Of a stretch of DNA of 64,000 nucleotides, positions 1-13,635 are shown piece by piece. The stretch comes from Mobula hypostoma (lineage: Eukaryota), in NCBI RefSeq assembly GCF_963921235.1, contig NC_086097.1, positions 210,864,001 through 210,928,000 on the forward strand, given 5' to 3'. A model generated the notes under the pieces. That model made no database searches and had not been told where the DNA came from. It saw nothing but the letters and a program-made list of their open reading frames with translations. Each line of letters opens with the position of its first letter. Position 1 is the first letter of the stretch. Both the position numbers and the translations under genes were made by a program.

Positions 1-2710
1 GGGGTGGCGTTGCTGGTTAAAAAAGAGATTAACGCAATAGAAAGGAAGGACATAAGCCGGGAAGATGTGGAATCGATATGGGTAGAGCTGCGTAACACTA
101 AGGGGCAGAAGACGCTGCTGGGAGTTGTGTACAGGCCACCTAACAGTAGTAGTGAGGTCGGAGATGGTATTAAACAGGAAATTAGAAATGTGTGCAATAA
201 AGGAACAGCAGTTATAATGGGTGACTTCAATCTACATGTAGACTGAGTGAACCAAATTGGTAAAGGTGCTGAGGAAGAGGATTTCTTGGAATGTATGCGG
301 GATGGTTTTTTGAACCAACATGTCGAGGAACCGACTAGAGAGCAGGCTATTCTGGACTGGGTTTTGAGCAATGAGGAAGGGTTAATTAGCGATCTTGTCG
401 TGAGAGGCCCCTTGGGTAAGAGTGACCATAATATGGTGGAATTCTTCATTAACATGGAGAGTGACGTAGTTAATTCAGAAACAAAGGTTCTGAACTTAAA
501 GAGGGGTAACTTTGAAGGTATGAGACATGAATTAGCTAAGATAGACTGGCAAATGACACTTCAAGGATTGACGGTGGATATGCAATGGCAGGCATTTAAA
601 GGTTGCATGGATGAACTACAACAATTGTTCATCCCAGTTTGGCAAAAGAATAAATCAAGGAAGGTAGTGCACCCGTGGCTGACAAGAGAAATTAGGGATA
701 GTATCAATTCCAAAGAAGTAGCATACAAATTAGCCAGAGAAAGTGGCTCACCTGAGGACTGGGAGAAATTCAGAGTTCAGCAGAGGAGGACAAACGGCTT
801 AATTAGGAAGGGGAAAAAAGATTATGAGAGAAAACTGGCAGAGAACATAAAAACGGACTGTAAAAGCTTTTATAGATATGTAAAAAGGAAAAGACTGATA
901 AAGACAAATGTAGGTCCCCTGCAAACAGAAACAGGTGAATTGATTATGGGGAGCAAGGACATGGCAGACCAATTGAATAATTACTTTGGTTCTGTCTTCA
1001 CTAAGGAGGACATAAATAATCTTCCAGAAATAGTAAGGGACAGAGGGTCCAGTGAGATGGAGGAACTGAGCGAAATACATGTTAGTAGGGAAGTGGTATT
1101 AGGTAAATTGAAGGGATTGAAGGCAGATAAATCCCCAGGGCCAGATGGTCTGCATCCCAGAGTGCTTAAGGAAGTGGCCCAAGAAATAGTGGATGCATTA
1201 GTGATAATTTTTCAAAACTCGTTAGATTCTGGACTAGTTCCTGAGGATTGGAGGGTGGCTAATGTAACCCCACTTTTTAAAAAAGGAGGGAGAGAGAAAC
1301 CGGGGAATTATAGGCCGGTTAGCCTAACGTCGGTGGTGGGGAAACTGCTGGAGTCAGTTATCAAAGATGTGATAACAGCACATTTGGAAAGCGGTGAAAT
1401 GATCGGACAAAGTCAGCATGGATTTGTGAAAGGAAAATCATGTCTGACGAATCTCATAGAATTTTTTGAGGATGTAACTAGTAGACTGGATAGGGGAGAA
1501 CCAGTGGATGTGGTATATTTGGATTTTCAAAAGGCTTTTGACAAGGTCCCACACAGGAGATTAGTGTGCAAACTTAAAGCACACGGTATTGGGGGTAAGG
1601 TATTGGTGTGGGTGGAGAATTGGTTAGCAGACAGGAAGCAAAGAGTGGGAATAAACGGGACCTTTTCAGAATGGCAGGCGGTGACTAGTGGGGTACCGCC
1701 AGGCTCAGTGCTGGGACCCCAGTTGTTTACAATATATATTAATGACTTGGATGAGGGAATTAAATGCAGCATCTCCAAGTTTGCGGATGACACGAAGCTG
1801 GGTGGCAGTGTTAGCAGTGAGGAGGATGCTAAGAGGATGCAGGGTGACTTGGATAGGTTGGGTGAGTGGGCAAACTCATGGCAGATGCAATTTAATGTGG
1901 ATAAATGTGAAGTTATCCACTTTGGTGGCAAAAATAGGAAAACAGATTATTATCTGAATGGTGGCCGATTAGGAAAAGGGGAGGTGCAACGAGACCTGGG
2001 TGTCATTATACACCAGTCATTGAAAGTGGGCATGCAGGTACAGCAGGCGGTGAAAAAGGCGAACGGTATGCTAGCATTTATAGCAAGAGGATTCGAGTAC
2101 AGGAGCAGGGAGGTACTACTGCAGTTGTACAAGGCCTTGGTGAGACCACACCTGGAGTATTGTGTGCAGTTTTGGTCCCCTAATCTGAGGAAAGACATCC
2201 TTGCCATAGAGGGAGTACAAAGAAGGTTCACCAGATTGATTCCTGGGATGGCAGGTCTTTCATATGAAGAAAGACTGGATGAACTGGGCTTGTACTCGTT
2301 GGAATTTAGAAGATTGAGGGGGGATCTGATTGAAACGTATAAGATCCTAAAGGGATTGGACAGGCTAGATGCGGGAAGATTGTTCCCGATGTTGGGGAGG
2401 TCTAGAACGAGGGGTCACAGTTTGAGGATAGAGGGGAAGCCTTTTAGGACCGAGGTTAGGAAAAACTTCTTCACACAGAGAGTGGTGAATCTGTGGAATT
2501 CTCTGCCACAGCAAACTGTTGAGGCCAGTTCATTAGCTATGTTTAAAAGGAAGTTAGATATGGCCCTTGTGGCTACAGGGGTCACGGGGTATGGAGGGAA
2601 GGCTGGGTTCTGAGTTGGATGATCAGCCATGATCATAATAAATGGCGGTGCAGGCTCGAAGGGCCGAATGGCCTACTCCTGCACCTATTTTCTATGTTTC
2701 TATGTTTCTA
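1..2710 (+). mobile_element. CR1 LINE, young copy (runs off left edge): ORF2 APE endonuclease + RT with one nonsense change, 3' UTR and (TTTCTATG)n tail
   Basis: ORFs 4-246 and 247-2613 are in one frame, split by TGA at 244-246 (TGG in the copy at 54252). Motifs GDFN, SDHN, KSPGPDG, YLDFQKAFDKV, FADDTK. Octamer tail at 2688-2710. Confidence 0.97.
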
Positions 2711-3729
2711 TATCATTAAAATGCAAACTGTTTTGGCAATAATACAATGCTACTTGTTTGTCCTCTTGTGACAAGCCTAACATCTCCTGCATGATATCTT
2801 CCCCTCTTTTTCAAAAGCAGTTCATTGCTGTAAAGTACATTGGATTATCCTGAGGTCAAGCATGAAATGATGCAAATGTAAGTCTTTCTTTGCTTAACTT
2901 ACTTCCAAGTAATGATCTAGACAAATTTAGGATGAGTGAAGGTAGTTTTTTAACCATATATTTTAAAGGAAATAAAGAAAAAATATTATAATCATAGCCT
3001 AAAACTAGTATTTCAACAGTATAACAGTGTTGGAAAGAGAGGTTCCAATTGTAATTAATCCCAGCAAAACCACTGTCCACTTCCCATATCCTTATGTGAT
3101 TGTATATAAAAAAAAATTCAGATTATGGGAAAGAGCAAATTATATGGGTTGGGATTTTGGATATGCAGCCAAGTTATTGAGTCCTGTGATGTACGCTGTG
3201 TACATACTATTGACTAATAACTCCTTAAGGTTAAAAAAATAACATTAATGAACTCACAGTTTTTCTAGTTATTTGCCCATTGAATTATCTCACCCTGACT
3301 AAGTTGGAACAAGTTCTACCTATGATCTGGCTTTTTGTAGATGGATTTTTAAAGCAAGCTTATGCTTCCCAATTTTAAGGCAAAATGAGGATTCCTTGGA
3401 GGAGTATATTAATATTTAGTTCTCGTAATGAGTTTCTTTCACCATGGAAATTTTGCCTCATGTTGTTTTTTCTATTCTCATTGGCAATTGTTGCTGTACC
3501 TTCACAAGCTTATATTGCACTAGATGATACAAATGAGCGAGAGGAGTTCATTAGGAAATTATAAACACTTTGGCTTAACCAGTTAAATAGGTGCATAACA
3601 TAGTGTAACCTCTGCTTAGTATGTGCTTCCAGAGCTCACCATACTTTGTATTCATAATTTTCTGTCTACTGATTGCTAAAATACTACCATTTTAACTTCA
3701 ATAATGAAGGTGAAATCTCCGTATTAATG

Positions 3730-6180
3730 AAGACAATCAGATGTAGGAACAGAATTAGACCACTCCAACTTTTGGGTGTTGTCTGCCATTCGATCACAGA
3801 TGATTTTTCGACCCTATGTTTTTGTCTTAACCCCTTTACCAGTCAAGAATCTACAAATCTCTGTCTTAAATACATAGTAATTTGGCCTCCAAACACTCTA
3901 GGTAGTGAATTCTGAAAATTCTCCTCCACCTGGCTGAATGAATTCCTCCTCATACCATATCTGGTAGAGTTCTTTGAAGATGTAGCAAATTAGGTCAATG
4001 AAGACGTGCCAGTAGATACAGAGTATATGGATCTTCAAAGCATTCAGATCATATAAAAGATTACTTTGCCTAACATAGGTTCAATACATTGCCATTGATA
4101 TGGTATTGTTAAGTCATCTGCAGAAAGCAGAGATACAGAAAAATATGCCTCTTTTTGTTTGGTAATCAATAACTTGTGATGTTTTACAGGGATCATTGCT
4201 CTTAGTTATTTATAACCTCAATTAATGTCTTGGATGAAGAGACTGAGTGTATGGCTGACAATACAATGATAGGTGGAAACCTTCTCTCTAAGGTATGCAC
4301 GCGTGTGTACACATAGATCTTTTGTTACCGGCACACTAAGGAATTTAAACTGCACAAAAAAGATTGTCACCCTCCACCCTGTTGGCATGTTAGGTATATT
4401 TCACGATTGTACACAATCACATTTCCTTTTCCAGTTTCTGATGCGGAAGGTGTTGTCAACATGGAGTTTGCATGACTTGTCTGCAGATTTTAGAACTGGC
4501 TTATTTAGAGCATAAGACCATAAGACATAGGGGCAGGATTACGTCACTTGGCCCATTGATACTGCCTCACAGTCGATTATGCTCCCCCTCCTCAGCCTCA
4601 CTCCCCAGCCTTCTCCCAGTAACCTTTCATGCCATGTCTAATCAAGAACCGATCAAGCTCTGCCTTAAATACACCCAGCAACCTGGCCTCCACAGTTGCC
4701 TGTGGTAATAAATTCCACAAATTCACCACCCTCTGGCTAAAGAAATTTCTCCACATCTCTGTTTTAAATGGATGCCCCTCTATCCTGAGGTTGTGCCCTC
4801 TTGTCCCAGACTCCCCCCCCCCAATAGAAACATCCTTTCCACATCTACTCTGTCTAGGCCTTTCAATATTCAAAAGGTTTCAATGAGATCCCTCTTCATC
4901 CTTCTAAATTGCCATGAATGCAGACACCAAGCCATCAAACGTTCCTCAGATGATAACCCTTTAATTTCCGGAATCATCCTTGTGAACCTCCTGTGAACGC
5001 TCTCCAATGCCAGCACATCCTTTCTTAGATGAGGAGCCCAAACTGTTCACAGTACTCAAGGAGAGGCCTCACCAGTGCCTTATAGAGCCTCAGCATCACA
5101 TCCCTGCTCTTGTATTGCAGACCTCTTGAAATGAATGCTAGCATTCCATTTGCCTTCCTCACCACTGACACTACCTGCAAGTTAACCTTTAGGGTGTTCT
5201 GCACAAGGACTTCCAACTCCCTTTGTATCTCAAATTATTTATACTGTTTCTATTGAAGAAATTATTCAGTGCACACATGCTGTTGTCACTGGTCAACAAA
5301 TTGCACAGCACGAGATTTTTGCGCACACTGTTCATTACAAATTAGAGTTAATATTGATGGACACCAAGTGCCTGCAAAAGGGCATAGATTGGCTAAGAGT
5401 AAGGGTAAAACACTGTTAGATAGAGTATAATGTGAAGAAGTATACTGCTATCCACTTTGGATGGAAGAAGAAAAAAGCAAGTTATTATCTAAACAGCAAT
5501 GAGACTCAAAAATTCTGGCACAGAGAGATCAGACAGGATGCCATCGATTCCTTTGTATATTGTCTCACTAATTATCAAATTCAAAATGTTATCATGAGGG
5601 CATAACTAGATTGCACTCTTGGTCTTTATTGCAAGGGATGTGGAGTATAAAAGTAGGAAGCTTTGATGCTGATTTTAAAGGTGCCATTGAGGCCACATCT
5701 GCAACATTGCATACAGTTATGGTCACCGTAATTCCATCAGAAACCGAAGTGAGATGGTTCACAAGGTTCTATTCTATCAGGGTGAAAGGATTGACGAATG
5801 AAAAAGTGCCAAGTAGGCTGAAACTATACTTCCTGGAGTATAGAAGGATGAAAGATACTTTGTGAAATATATAAGATTCTGAGGGGATTGCTGAGGAGAT
5901 AATGCCTGTGGTGAGGCTACCAAGAACCATGGAAGATAAGTTCAGAATCGAGGTGACCCATTTATGATAAAAATGGGGTAGAATTCACTCTCTCAGAGGA
6001 TCATGAGTCCCCAAAATTCTCTGCTTCAGAGAATATATTCAAAGTGTGTATTTTTTTTAACTGCAGGAAAAGGAAAGGATGTTGGAAAAGAACAGGAAAG
6101 TGGCTTCAAAGTCGGTGTTATTGAAGAGTGGAGCAAGTCTGAGGCAGACTGGCCAATCCTGCTCCAACGTTCTTACATTC
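3730..6180. mobile_element. Old degenerate CR1 fragments, with a minus-strand CR1 3' end (~4510-5235) nested inside
   Basis: Minus ORFs 4598-4873 (RNFFSQRVVNLWN) and 5025-5216 (KANGMLAFISRG...LYKALVRP). Decayed + strand CR1 RT/3' sequence at ~3950-4270 and ~5350-6180. Confidence 0.8.
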
Positions 6181-7302
6181 TCGTGATAGGTCAGGCACGA
6201 AACTGAGAGAGAATTGTCTACAACTTTTTAATTCACCTCACATTGAAAAGTAAGCTATTGTCAATTCCAGATAAGCTGAGAGGATTGAATATAAACTTAC
6301 TGGTTTAATAAAGGGCAAACCTGGGGTCTGAAAATGTTTTCTGTTTATCAGTTCATTACAAACTGATAAATGTATGCAATTGTGGACTGTTTATACAGAA
6401 GAGCATTCAATTGAACTCCATTTTGAAATGGCACGATGATGATCTTTCAAAAACTGAACCCAGGATGAAAATATACCTCTTAAATATAATTGTTTAGGCT
6501 GATATTATAATAGGCCTCCAAATGAATAAGAACTTGCAAACGGTAAAAATAATCATCTTTATTTTTAATCCACTTGAAGGTTACTGCTTTTCAATGTTAT
6601 ACACTGGAGGCACAGAAATAAATTAGAATTACAATTGAACTTCTCAACAGCACCCACTGAAGGTAATCACACTTACTACCAATGTTATTTGTGACTAAAA
6701 TGTTATAGCTCCCACATGAAGCTATCATCAATGACTCATCAAAGATATTGTTAAAATTCTGATGGCAAACATGTATGATTCTCTCTGTAAACGAAGTTTA
6801 CAGTTTTAAAAATCATGATATAAATAATATCACTCATTACTGTTTAAAATATGAGAAGAAATGTTATAAAATAAATGCGAAGGATAAGAGAAGCATTTTC
6901 CTGAACTGATTGGTGTTAATTGTTCTGTTATTTTATTTACTAACTGAGATACACTGAAATACTGTAGGTAAAAGAGGGAGCATTAGCCAGCTATTACCAA
7001 CGAAAATATTATACTGTGAAAAAGAAAGAAAAGAAGGAATATACCAGGATATTGTAATCCTCTTAACCTGTGAAGTTCGCAGCTACAAAAGTAAATGAAA
7101 AAATGGCAGATGCTGAAAATCAAAATTAAAAGAAAAATCATTGGAAACCTTAAGAATGTCAGGCTTTATGACAAAAGGCCTTGATCATAAAGGTTAATCC
7201 TTTTTCCTCTTCCACTGCCTGACCTGCTGAATGTTTCCAGCACTTTCTATTTTATCGCAATCCACAGCCGCAATGATTGTAAAATAGGCTTTTCTGTTAC
7301 TC

Positions 7303-7620
7303 AGATCAGATTAGCTTTATTTGTCACATACGACCGAAACATTAAAACATTCAGTGAAATGCGTCATTTACATCAAATCAAATCAGTGAGGATTGTGCTG
7401 GGCAGCCCACAAGTGTTACCATGCTTCTGGTGCCAATGTAGCATGCCCACAACTTTCTAACTCTAACCATACATCTTTAGAATATGGAAGGGAACCAGAG
7501 CACTCAGAGGAGACTCCTGCAAACATGGGGAGAACATACAAACTCTTTACGGCCAGCTGTGGGAATTTAACCCGATCAGTGATCTCCAGCATTGTAATAA
7601 CATTATGTTACTTGTGCCAT
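7303..7620 (-). mobile_element. V-SINE-like element with Rex-type 3' tail
   Basis: Reverse V-domain-like block (gaaccagagcactcagaggagactc...ggggagaacatacaaactc) and tail atcagattagctttatttgtcac. Confidence 0.55.
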
Positions 7621-7794
7621 GCATTTTCATTTTCTACAATTACCTAACCTGAATTTTGTTCCAGGATATTTCATTGCGAAATTAATGACAGTGCAGCATC
7701 ATGGCATGTAACATTCCTGGGGCAGAGTCCTAATGGACCACAGCTTTCCACTGCCTCTCCTTTTTAACCTAATTTCCCCCTGTCTTGAGAGGTA

Positions 7795-8097
7795 CAGGTT
7801 GAGTACACTTTATCCAAAAATCCAAAATTCATAACTCTCCTAATTCTGATTTTTTTTAGTGCTAACATGATGTCACAAACACAAATTTTCTACAAAGTGC
7901 TGTGAAGGTTCTTAGGCAATATGCAGATCTCTGTGTGATACAAACATTTTTGAGAAGTAACTTCATGTATGCAATCATTAAAATTTAAAGAAAAAAATAG
8001 AAAACCACTGCATACAAAAAAACGAAGATCTTGAATGTGTATTGAAAGAGTGGATTCATCAATGTTGGAGTGAACATATTAGATAGTACTCAACCTG
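7795..8097. mobile_element. Tigger/pogo (Tc1-mariner superfamily)-like MITE
   Basis: Perfect 12-bp TIR CAGGTTGAGTAC (7795-7806) / GTACTCAACCTG (8086-8097), preceded by TA (right flank is TT). The left end resembles Tigger4/MER46-type termini as I recall them. Confidence 0.7.
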
Positions 8098-8418
8098 TTT
8101 ACCCAACATGAAAAAGATTGGACCATTTTTTGTGTTATCTGTCCAAGTATTCAGCAGCAAGGTACCTGTAGTGATTCCAGAAACACATCATGAATGCGAC
8201 ATACAAATGGGAAATCTTCTGGTTAGACTGCTCTAAGTCTTTCTGCCATTTGAATGAAGTGAGAGAGAATGAATGAGATAAAAATTCCAGGATATCTGGT
8301 AAACATTTGGCTTGATCAGGAGAAAATATATCCTTTTACATATACACATTTTGGGAATTTGCTGTCATCTATATTGTGTATTAGGCACAAAAGAACATGG
8401 AAAAATAGGAAATAATGC

Positions 8419-10075
8419 AGAATCAGAATCAGAATCAGGTTTATTATTACCAGCATATGTCATAGAATTTGTTAACAGCAGCAGCAGTTCATTGCAATAC
8501 ATAATACGGAAGAAAAAATAATAAATAAATAAATAATAAATAAATAAATTACAGTATACATATATTGAATAGATTAAAAACCATGCAAAAAACCTGAAAT
8601 AATATATATTTTAATAATGAGGTCGTGTTCAAGGGTTCAGTGTCCATTTAGGAATTGGATGGCAGAGGGGAAGAAACTGTTCCTGAATTGCTGAGTGTGT
8701 GCCTTCAGGCTTTTGTACCTCCTACCTGATGGTAACAGTGAGAAAAGGGCATGTCCTGGGTGCTGGAGGTCCTTAATAAAGGACGCTGCCTTTCTGAGAC
8801 ACCGCTCCCTGAAGATGTCCTGGATACTTTGTAGGCTAAAGGTGGAGCTGATTAACTTTACAACCCTCTGCAGTTTCTTTCGGTCCTGTTCAATAGCCCC
8901 CGACACCCCCCATACCAGACAGTGATGCACCCAGTCTGAATGCTCTCCACAGTACATCTATAGAAGTTTTTGAATGTACTTGTTGACATACTAAATCTCT
9001 TCAAACTCCTAATGAAGTATAGTTGCTGTCTTGCCTTCTTTATAACTGCATGTTGGGACCAAGTTAGATCCTCAGAGTTCCTGACACGCAGGAACTTGAA
9101 ACTGCTCACTGTCTCCACTTCTGATCCCTGTTTGAGGATTGGTATGTGTTCCTTCGTCTTACCCTTCCTGAAGTCCACAATCAGCTCTTTCGTCATACTG
9201 ACATAAAGATTACTTTCAAGGTTGCTTAAGGTCATTTCCAGTACATAAGTGTAAAGGAGAATGAAATAATTGTTACTCCGAATCCGATACAGCACACACT
9301 AAAGCCAGCATAAGATGAAGAACACTATAATAAAAACCGTAATAACTATAAATACATATGGTAGTGTATATATACGTAGATTGATAGTACGTCCATAACG
9401 TGATGTTAGGCACAGGAGTGTCTATACACACATGACTTTGACAGGAAGTGATAGAATAGAGGTGTGGAGGTGTGGGTTAGTGGGTGGAAGTCTTGATCAG
9501 CTTTACTGCTTGAGGAAAGTAACTATTTTTGAGTCTGGTAGCCTAGGTGTGGAATCTACATAGCCTCCTCCTTGATGGGAGTGAGACAAACAGTGCATGA
9601 GCAGGGTGTGTGGGATCCTTCATGATGTCACTGGCCCTTTTCGAGCACCTTTCGGTACATATGCATTCGGTGGTGGGTAGGTTGTTTTGACTGTCCATGG
9701 TAAGCCTTTCTGTCCCCCGCAGTGCAGATTCCGTACCATGCACTGATGCAGCATGTTAGGATGCTTTCTACAGTGCACCTGAAGAAGGACATGAGTACAG
9801 ATGTTCATGGACCAACTCTCTTCAGCTTCCTCGGAAAGTAGAAAAGCAGGTGAGCTTTCCTGATTGTGTAAGGTGTGTACTGGAATCATGAGAGGTTGTA
9901 TGAGATGTGCACTTCCAGGAGTTTGAAACTGCTCGCCTTTTCCTTTGTCTTGCTGACATTGAGGAAGAAATGATTTACCTGGCATCAGGCATCGAGTTCT
10001 TCCAGATTTCTGCAGTTCATCTCATTGTGGTTGGTGATGAGCCCCACCACTGTTGTGTCATCAGCGAACTTGACT
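8419..10075 (-). mobile_element. Two adjacent Rex1/Babar LINE 3' fragments
   Basis: (AGAATC)3 tail at 8419-8438. Minus ORFs with TKELIVDFRK, FKFL, HPGHALFSLLPSGRRY, and [12 protein letters not shown] at ~10020-10075. Confidence 0.85.
8517..8549. repeat. (TAAA)n microsatellite in Rex 3' UTR
   Basis: Direct reading of the sequence. Confidence 0.9.
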
Positions 10076-12079
10076 ATTATTCTTCTTATAGCAATGAAAA
10101 TAATTATACTTGAGCCAGTGGGACACAAATAAATTTGAGTGGTCTGAAGCAATATGGCTGATAGAACAATGCTATACTCCAAAACAAGAAAAGATGAGAA
10201 CATATTGAACATTTATTTTATTCATCAATCTAGCAGAGGAAACAGATTGGATCCAAACATCTTGAATATATTAATGCTAGACCAGAGACAAGAACTTGCC
10301 AACATTGACATTACCAAAGCAATAATGATGAAGAATCACAGTGGCACTAAAGTTTAACAAATCCTAAGAAGGAGACTATTTGTTTCCCACTCTTATGAGT
10401 AAAGGAGGTGGAAACATTACAGATGGCATATGCATAATCTTCCAATGTTTTCTCAGTTTGGAAGTGTTCCTGTAGAGTTGGGAATTTACGAACATTAAGA
10501 GAGGAAAGCTAACACCTTAACATCTGTTGTAAGGAAATTAATATAACCCAGAATTAAGAAGAATGTAATTTAACAGTTTGAAATCTTCAGTTATCAGATA
10601 AACTGTCATGAAATACAGCTTAATAATGGGCTATTTTGAATTAGTGGACCGGGATTGCATGAACTACATGAAGATGCTGTTATTAAAATCTCTCATGTTT
10701 GCTGGAGGTAAATTATTATTAACCTAGATAGGAAACTGGCTGATAGCCAAATAACAAACACAACTTGGTGGGAAGGGACTAAGATTTGGTAAGAATCTGT
10801 TTTGGGCAACATACTTTCACCATATTTATAAATAACATGGATAAGCCATATATCCTAGTTTATTAGACATCTGCCCAGAAACTGAACCCAGGTGAAGAGT
10901 AAAGTCTGCACTGTAAATCCTCCTATTTATTGTCATACATTTTGTATACATTGTAGGCACACCCAGGAATGTGCCCATTTACCTTCATAGCCAGGGACCA
11001 ATGCTCAGCAAAACCCGACAAAAATTCATGAATTAAACTGGAAGAGGGAAACTAATATGCTGATAATAAATTCTGCCACCTTAAAATAAACTCAATTGCA
11101 ACATGAAGGATTCTGGACGCAGTAATATATTGAATTCCCTACCTTCAGTTTCTAGTTAAGTATACACCAGTTATCACTTAACTTTTTAAAATATCTTTGC
11201 TGCATTTTAGACCCTCAAAATTTAAACATCTATCCAATATAGATTGTATTTCTACCTAGCAATGCAATTAATATTTTTGTTTTAAAATGCAATTGATGAT
11301 TTTATTCTGGACCATATGACAAGCATCACGGTTTTCTCTCTATTTTCTGCAATATAGTATAAATGAAGGATTCAGATGAATTTATATTAGAAATCTTTAA
11401 TGTATGTGCTTTTATTATTTAATTATATTTGTTTGCCCATATAGATTTTTATCAATACCAAGCTTGATATCTACTTCTTTCATTTTATGATAGTGTCTCA
11501 CCGGTAAGATTAATTGTTCAATAAACATCTGAAAATTGCCAGCACTTAATCTGCAGTGGACTGTTTGGAAAGCATGTACTCTCTCTGTTATCATTACTTA
11601 ATTTTGGGTTATGGACACAAAACATCTGTCTTTTGAGTATAACTTAAAAGTTTTGAGCTTCAATTGTTTTGCTAACTTGTCTAATGTATGCTGTGCATTA
11701 TATTCCTGTAGACAGATCACTCTCAATGAAGTAAATAGGCAGATTACACATCAATCCTTCTCTAAAGAACAAACCTGAATTCAGTTAATCCATATACTTG
11801 TTAGGTTCATGTAATTAAAAATTAGTAAATGCTTTCCTAATTCCATTATAGTTTGCGTTGTGACATGGAATATGGATAGACCTTGTCCTTATTTGAAAAG
11901 TGAATATGAAATGTGCAACCTTTCTTCTCGAGACAACCAAGAGATGGTCAAGATGGTGCCTGTGTACAGCGCTTCTTCGGTCGACGTGTGCTGGACAGAT
12001 CATGAAACCATATATATCACTTCTTTCATGTCTCTTACATTTGTTTTTCAGCATGGATGTGATTCTGGAACTGTTGGAG

Positions 12080-12852
12080 CCTGTGATTTGCTGTTTGGAG
12101 ATTGTTTGGGTGTTCCAGCATTCTGCAGTCTCCAAAAAGGATTCCGGGAGGCAGAGGCAGTCTGTGAGATGATGTTCAACTCCATTTCGCCAATTAAAGC
12201 TTCCTCTGTTTGCCGAGTAAATCATCAAGGGAGATTGATAAATCGAGGTGAATGCAAAAGTTTGGGTGTTCCAGCACTGCAGTCCCTGAGAGGGTTCCGG
12301 GAGGCAAAGGCAACCTACGTGACCTTCATGGCAGGCAGGCTGTGGGATGGTGCGCAAGCTGATGATTGACTCCTTTTCACTGATTAAAGCTTCCATTGTG
12401 CGCTGACCAAAGCGACGAGGGAAATTGAAGATCAAGGTGAGTGAGGAGGGGTGAGCGCCGGCTGCCTGTCTTTTGGTCGCTTTGCTACTGGAGAGGGGCG
12501 AGCCTGCTGCCTTGCCCAGGTATTCTGCATTTTGGATATGGATTTGGACTTTTTTCAGTCGTATAGTTCTTCATTTTCTGTGTTTTTCACCCAATCTTTC
12601 TCGTTTGTTTTTGTGTGGGGAGGAGGCTTTGAGGGCCAATGTACCTGTTCCGTTTTCTTTGTTTTTTTGGGTGGGAGGGGGGATTTGTGGGATAATGTGC
12701 CTATTCTGTTTATGTTCTTTTCTTTGTGTGGGAGGAGGGATTTGGGGGTTGATGATCAGGCTGCCTTTCTTTCCTTTCTTGGTTTCATGGCTACCCAGAG
12801 AAGAATTTCAGAGTTGTATACTTAGATAATAAATTAACTTTGATCCTTTGAG
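12080..12852 (+). mobile_element. Non-autonomous retroposon with internal duplicated unit, GT-rich body and Rex-like tail
   Basis: Repeated blocks at 12104-12160 / 12260-12312 and 12192 / 12382. The tail gaagaatttcagagttgtatac...ataataaa...ctttga is shared with the split element at 39620-39864 + 43012-43180. Confidence 0.55.
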
Positions 12853-13397
12853 AAGTTTGTGTTGTTGGTTCCCTCCTTCAAGACAGCCCCGTTACATGTC
12901 TCAGGAGCAGATGAGCCTCAGAGACATATTGGAGTTGTTTGATTTTATTTATCACACTTCTTTAAATTCTCTATATCAGGAGAGAATTTGCTACAAACGT
13001 ACCTCTGAAGTGATGTATTTGGAGTAAAGATTATTAAGACAGGTCAGTCTGAAGGACCCTCTGGGTAAGGGTTAAGTTTTCTCTACCTGCACTGACACGA
13101 TCCACCTAAATCATTAGGAAACCTGAGACTGGGAGACAGTGTTGACAGAAGTTCATTTTCTAAACGATGGTGATGTCGGGAGACCCTCTGGCAGCATCAC
13201 AGTGAGAAATGAATTCCAGTCTAACTGTGGTGCCTGAAGGCTCTTTTGAAGCAATGTGAAGGAAGGCAGGCCAAGAAAATCAGTAGCCAGTTCTGCTTCT
13301 TTTCTCCTACTGCTAAGCAATCTTGCTAACTCCGGCAAACCCACCAGAGAAAAACCAACACCTCCTGCTTCCGAGGGGAACTGTGTAACATGCAATA

Positions 13398-13595
13398 ACA
13401 GGAAAGGGCTGCCGGCGATGGTGGTGGAGGTAGATACAATAGAGTCTTTTAAGAGACTTCTGGATAGGTACATGGAGCTTAGAAAAATAGAGGACTATGG
13501 GTAACCATAGGTAATTTTTGAAGTAAGTACATGTTTGGCACAGCATTGTGGGCCGAAGGGCTTGTATTGTGCTGTAGCTTTTCTATGTTTCTATG
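13398..13595 (+). mobile_element. CR1 3' terminal fragment
   Basis: VVEVDTIESFKRLLDRYM, followed by gggccgaagggcttg and a TTTCTATG tail. Confidence 0.85.
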
Positions 13596-13635
13596 CTAAT
13601 ACAGAAACTGCACATATGCAAGAGCTGTTGCAGTC

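Noticed and set aside
799..2636. Antisense and alternate-frame ORFs recurring in the young CR1 copies (e.g. 1527-1931, 20091-20783, 55535-55939)
   Set aside because: They recur only because the copies are near-identical; they are shadow frames of ORF2 with no independent coding evidence.
4280..5350. Possible DNA-transposon relic (ctctaa...ttagag ends) around the minus CR1
   Set aside because: The inverted termini are too short and degenerate, and there is no TSD.
11815..12435. Overlapping 206-aa and 169-aa ORFs
   Set aside because: They run into a repeat with an internal duplication. No recognisable domain and no clean donor site.
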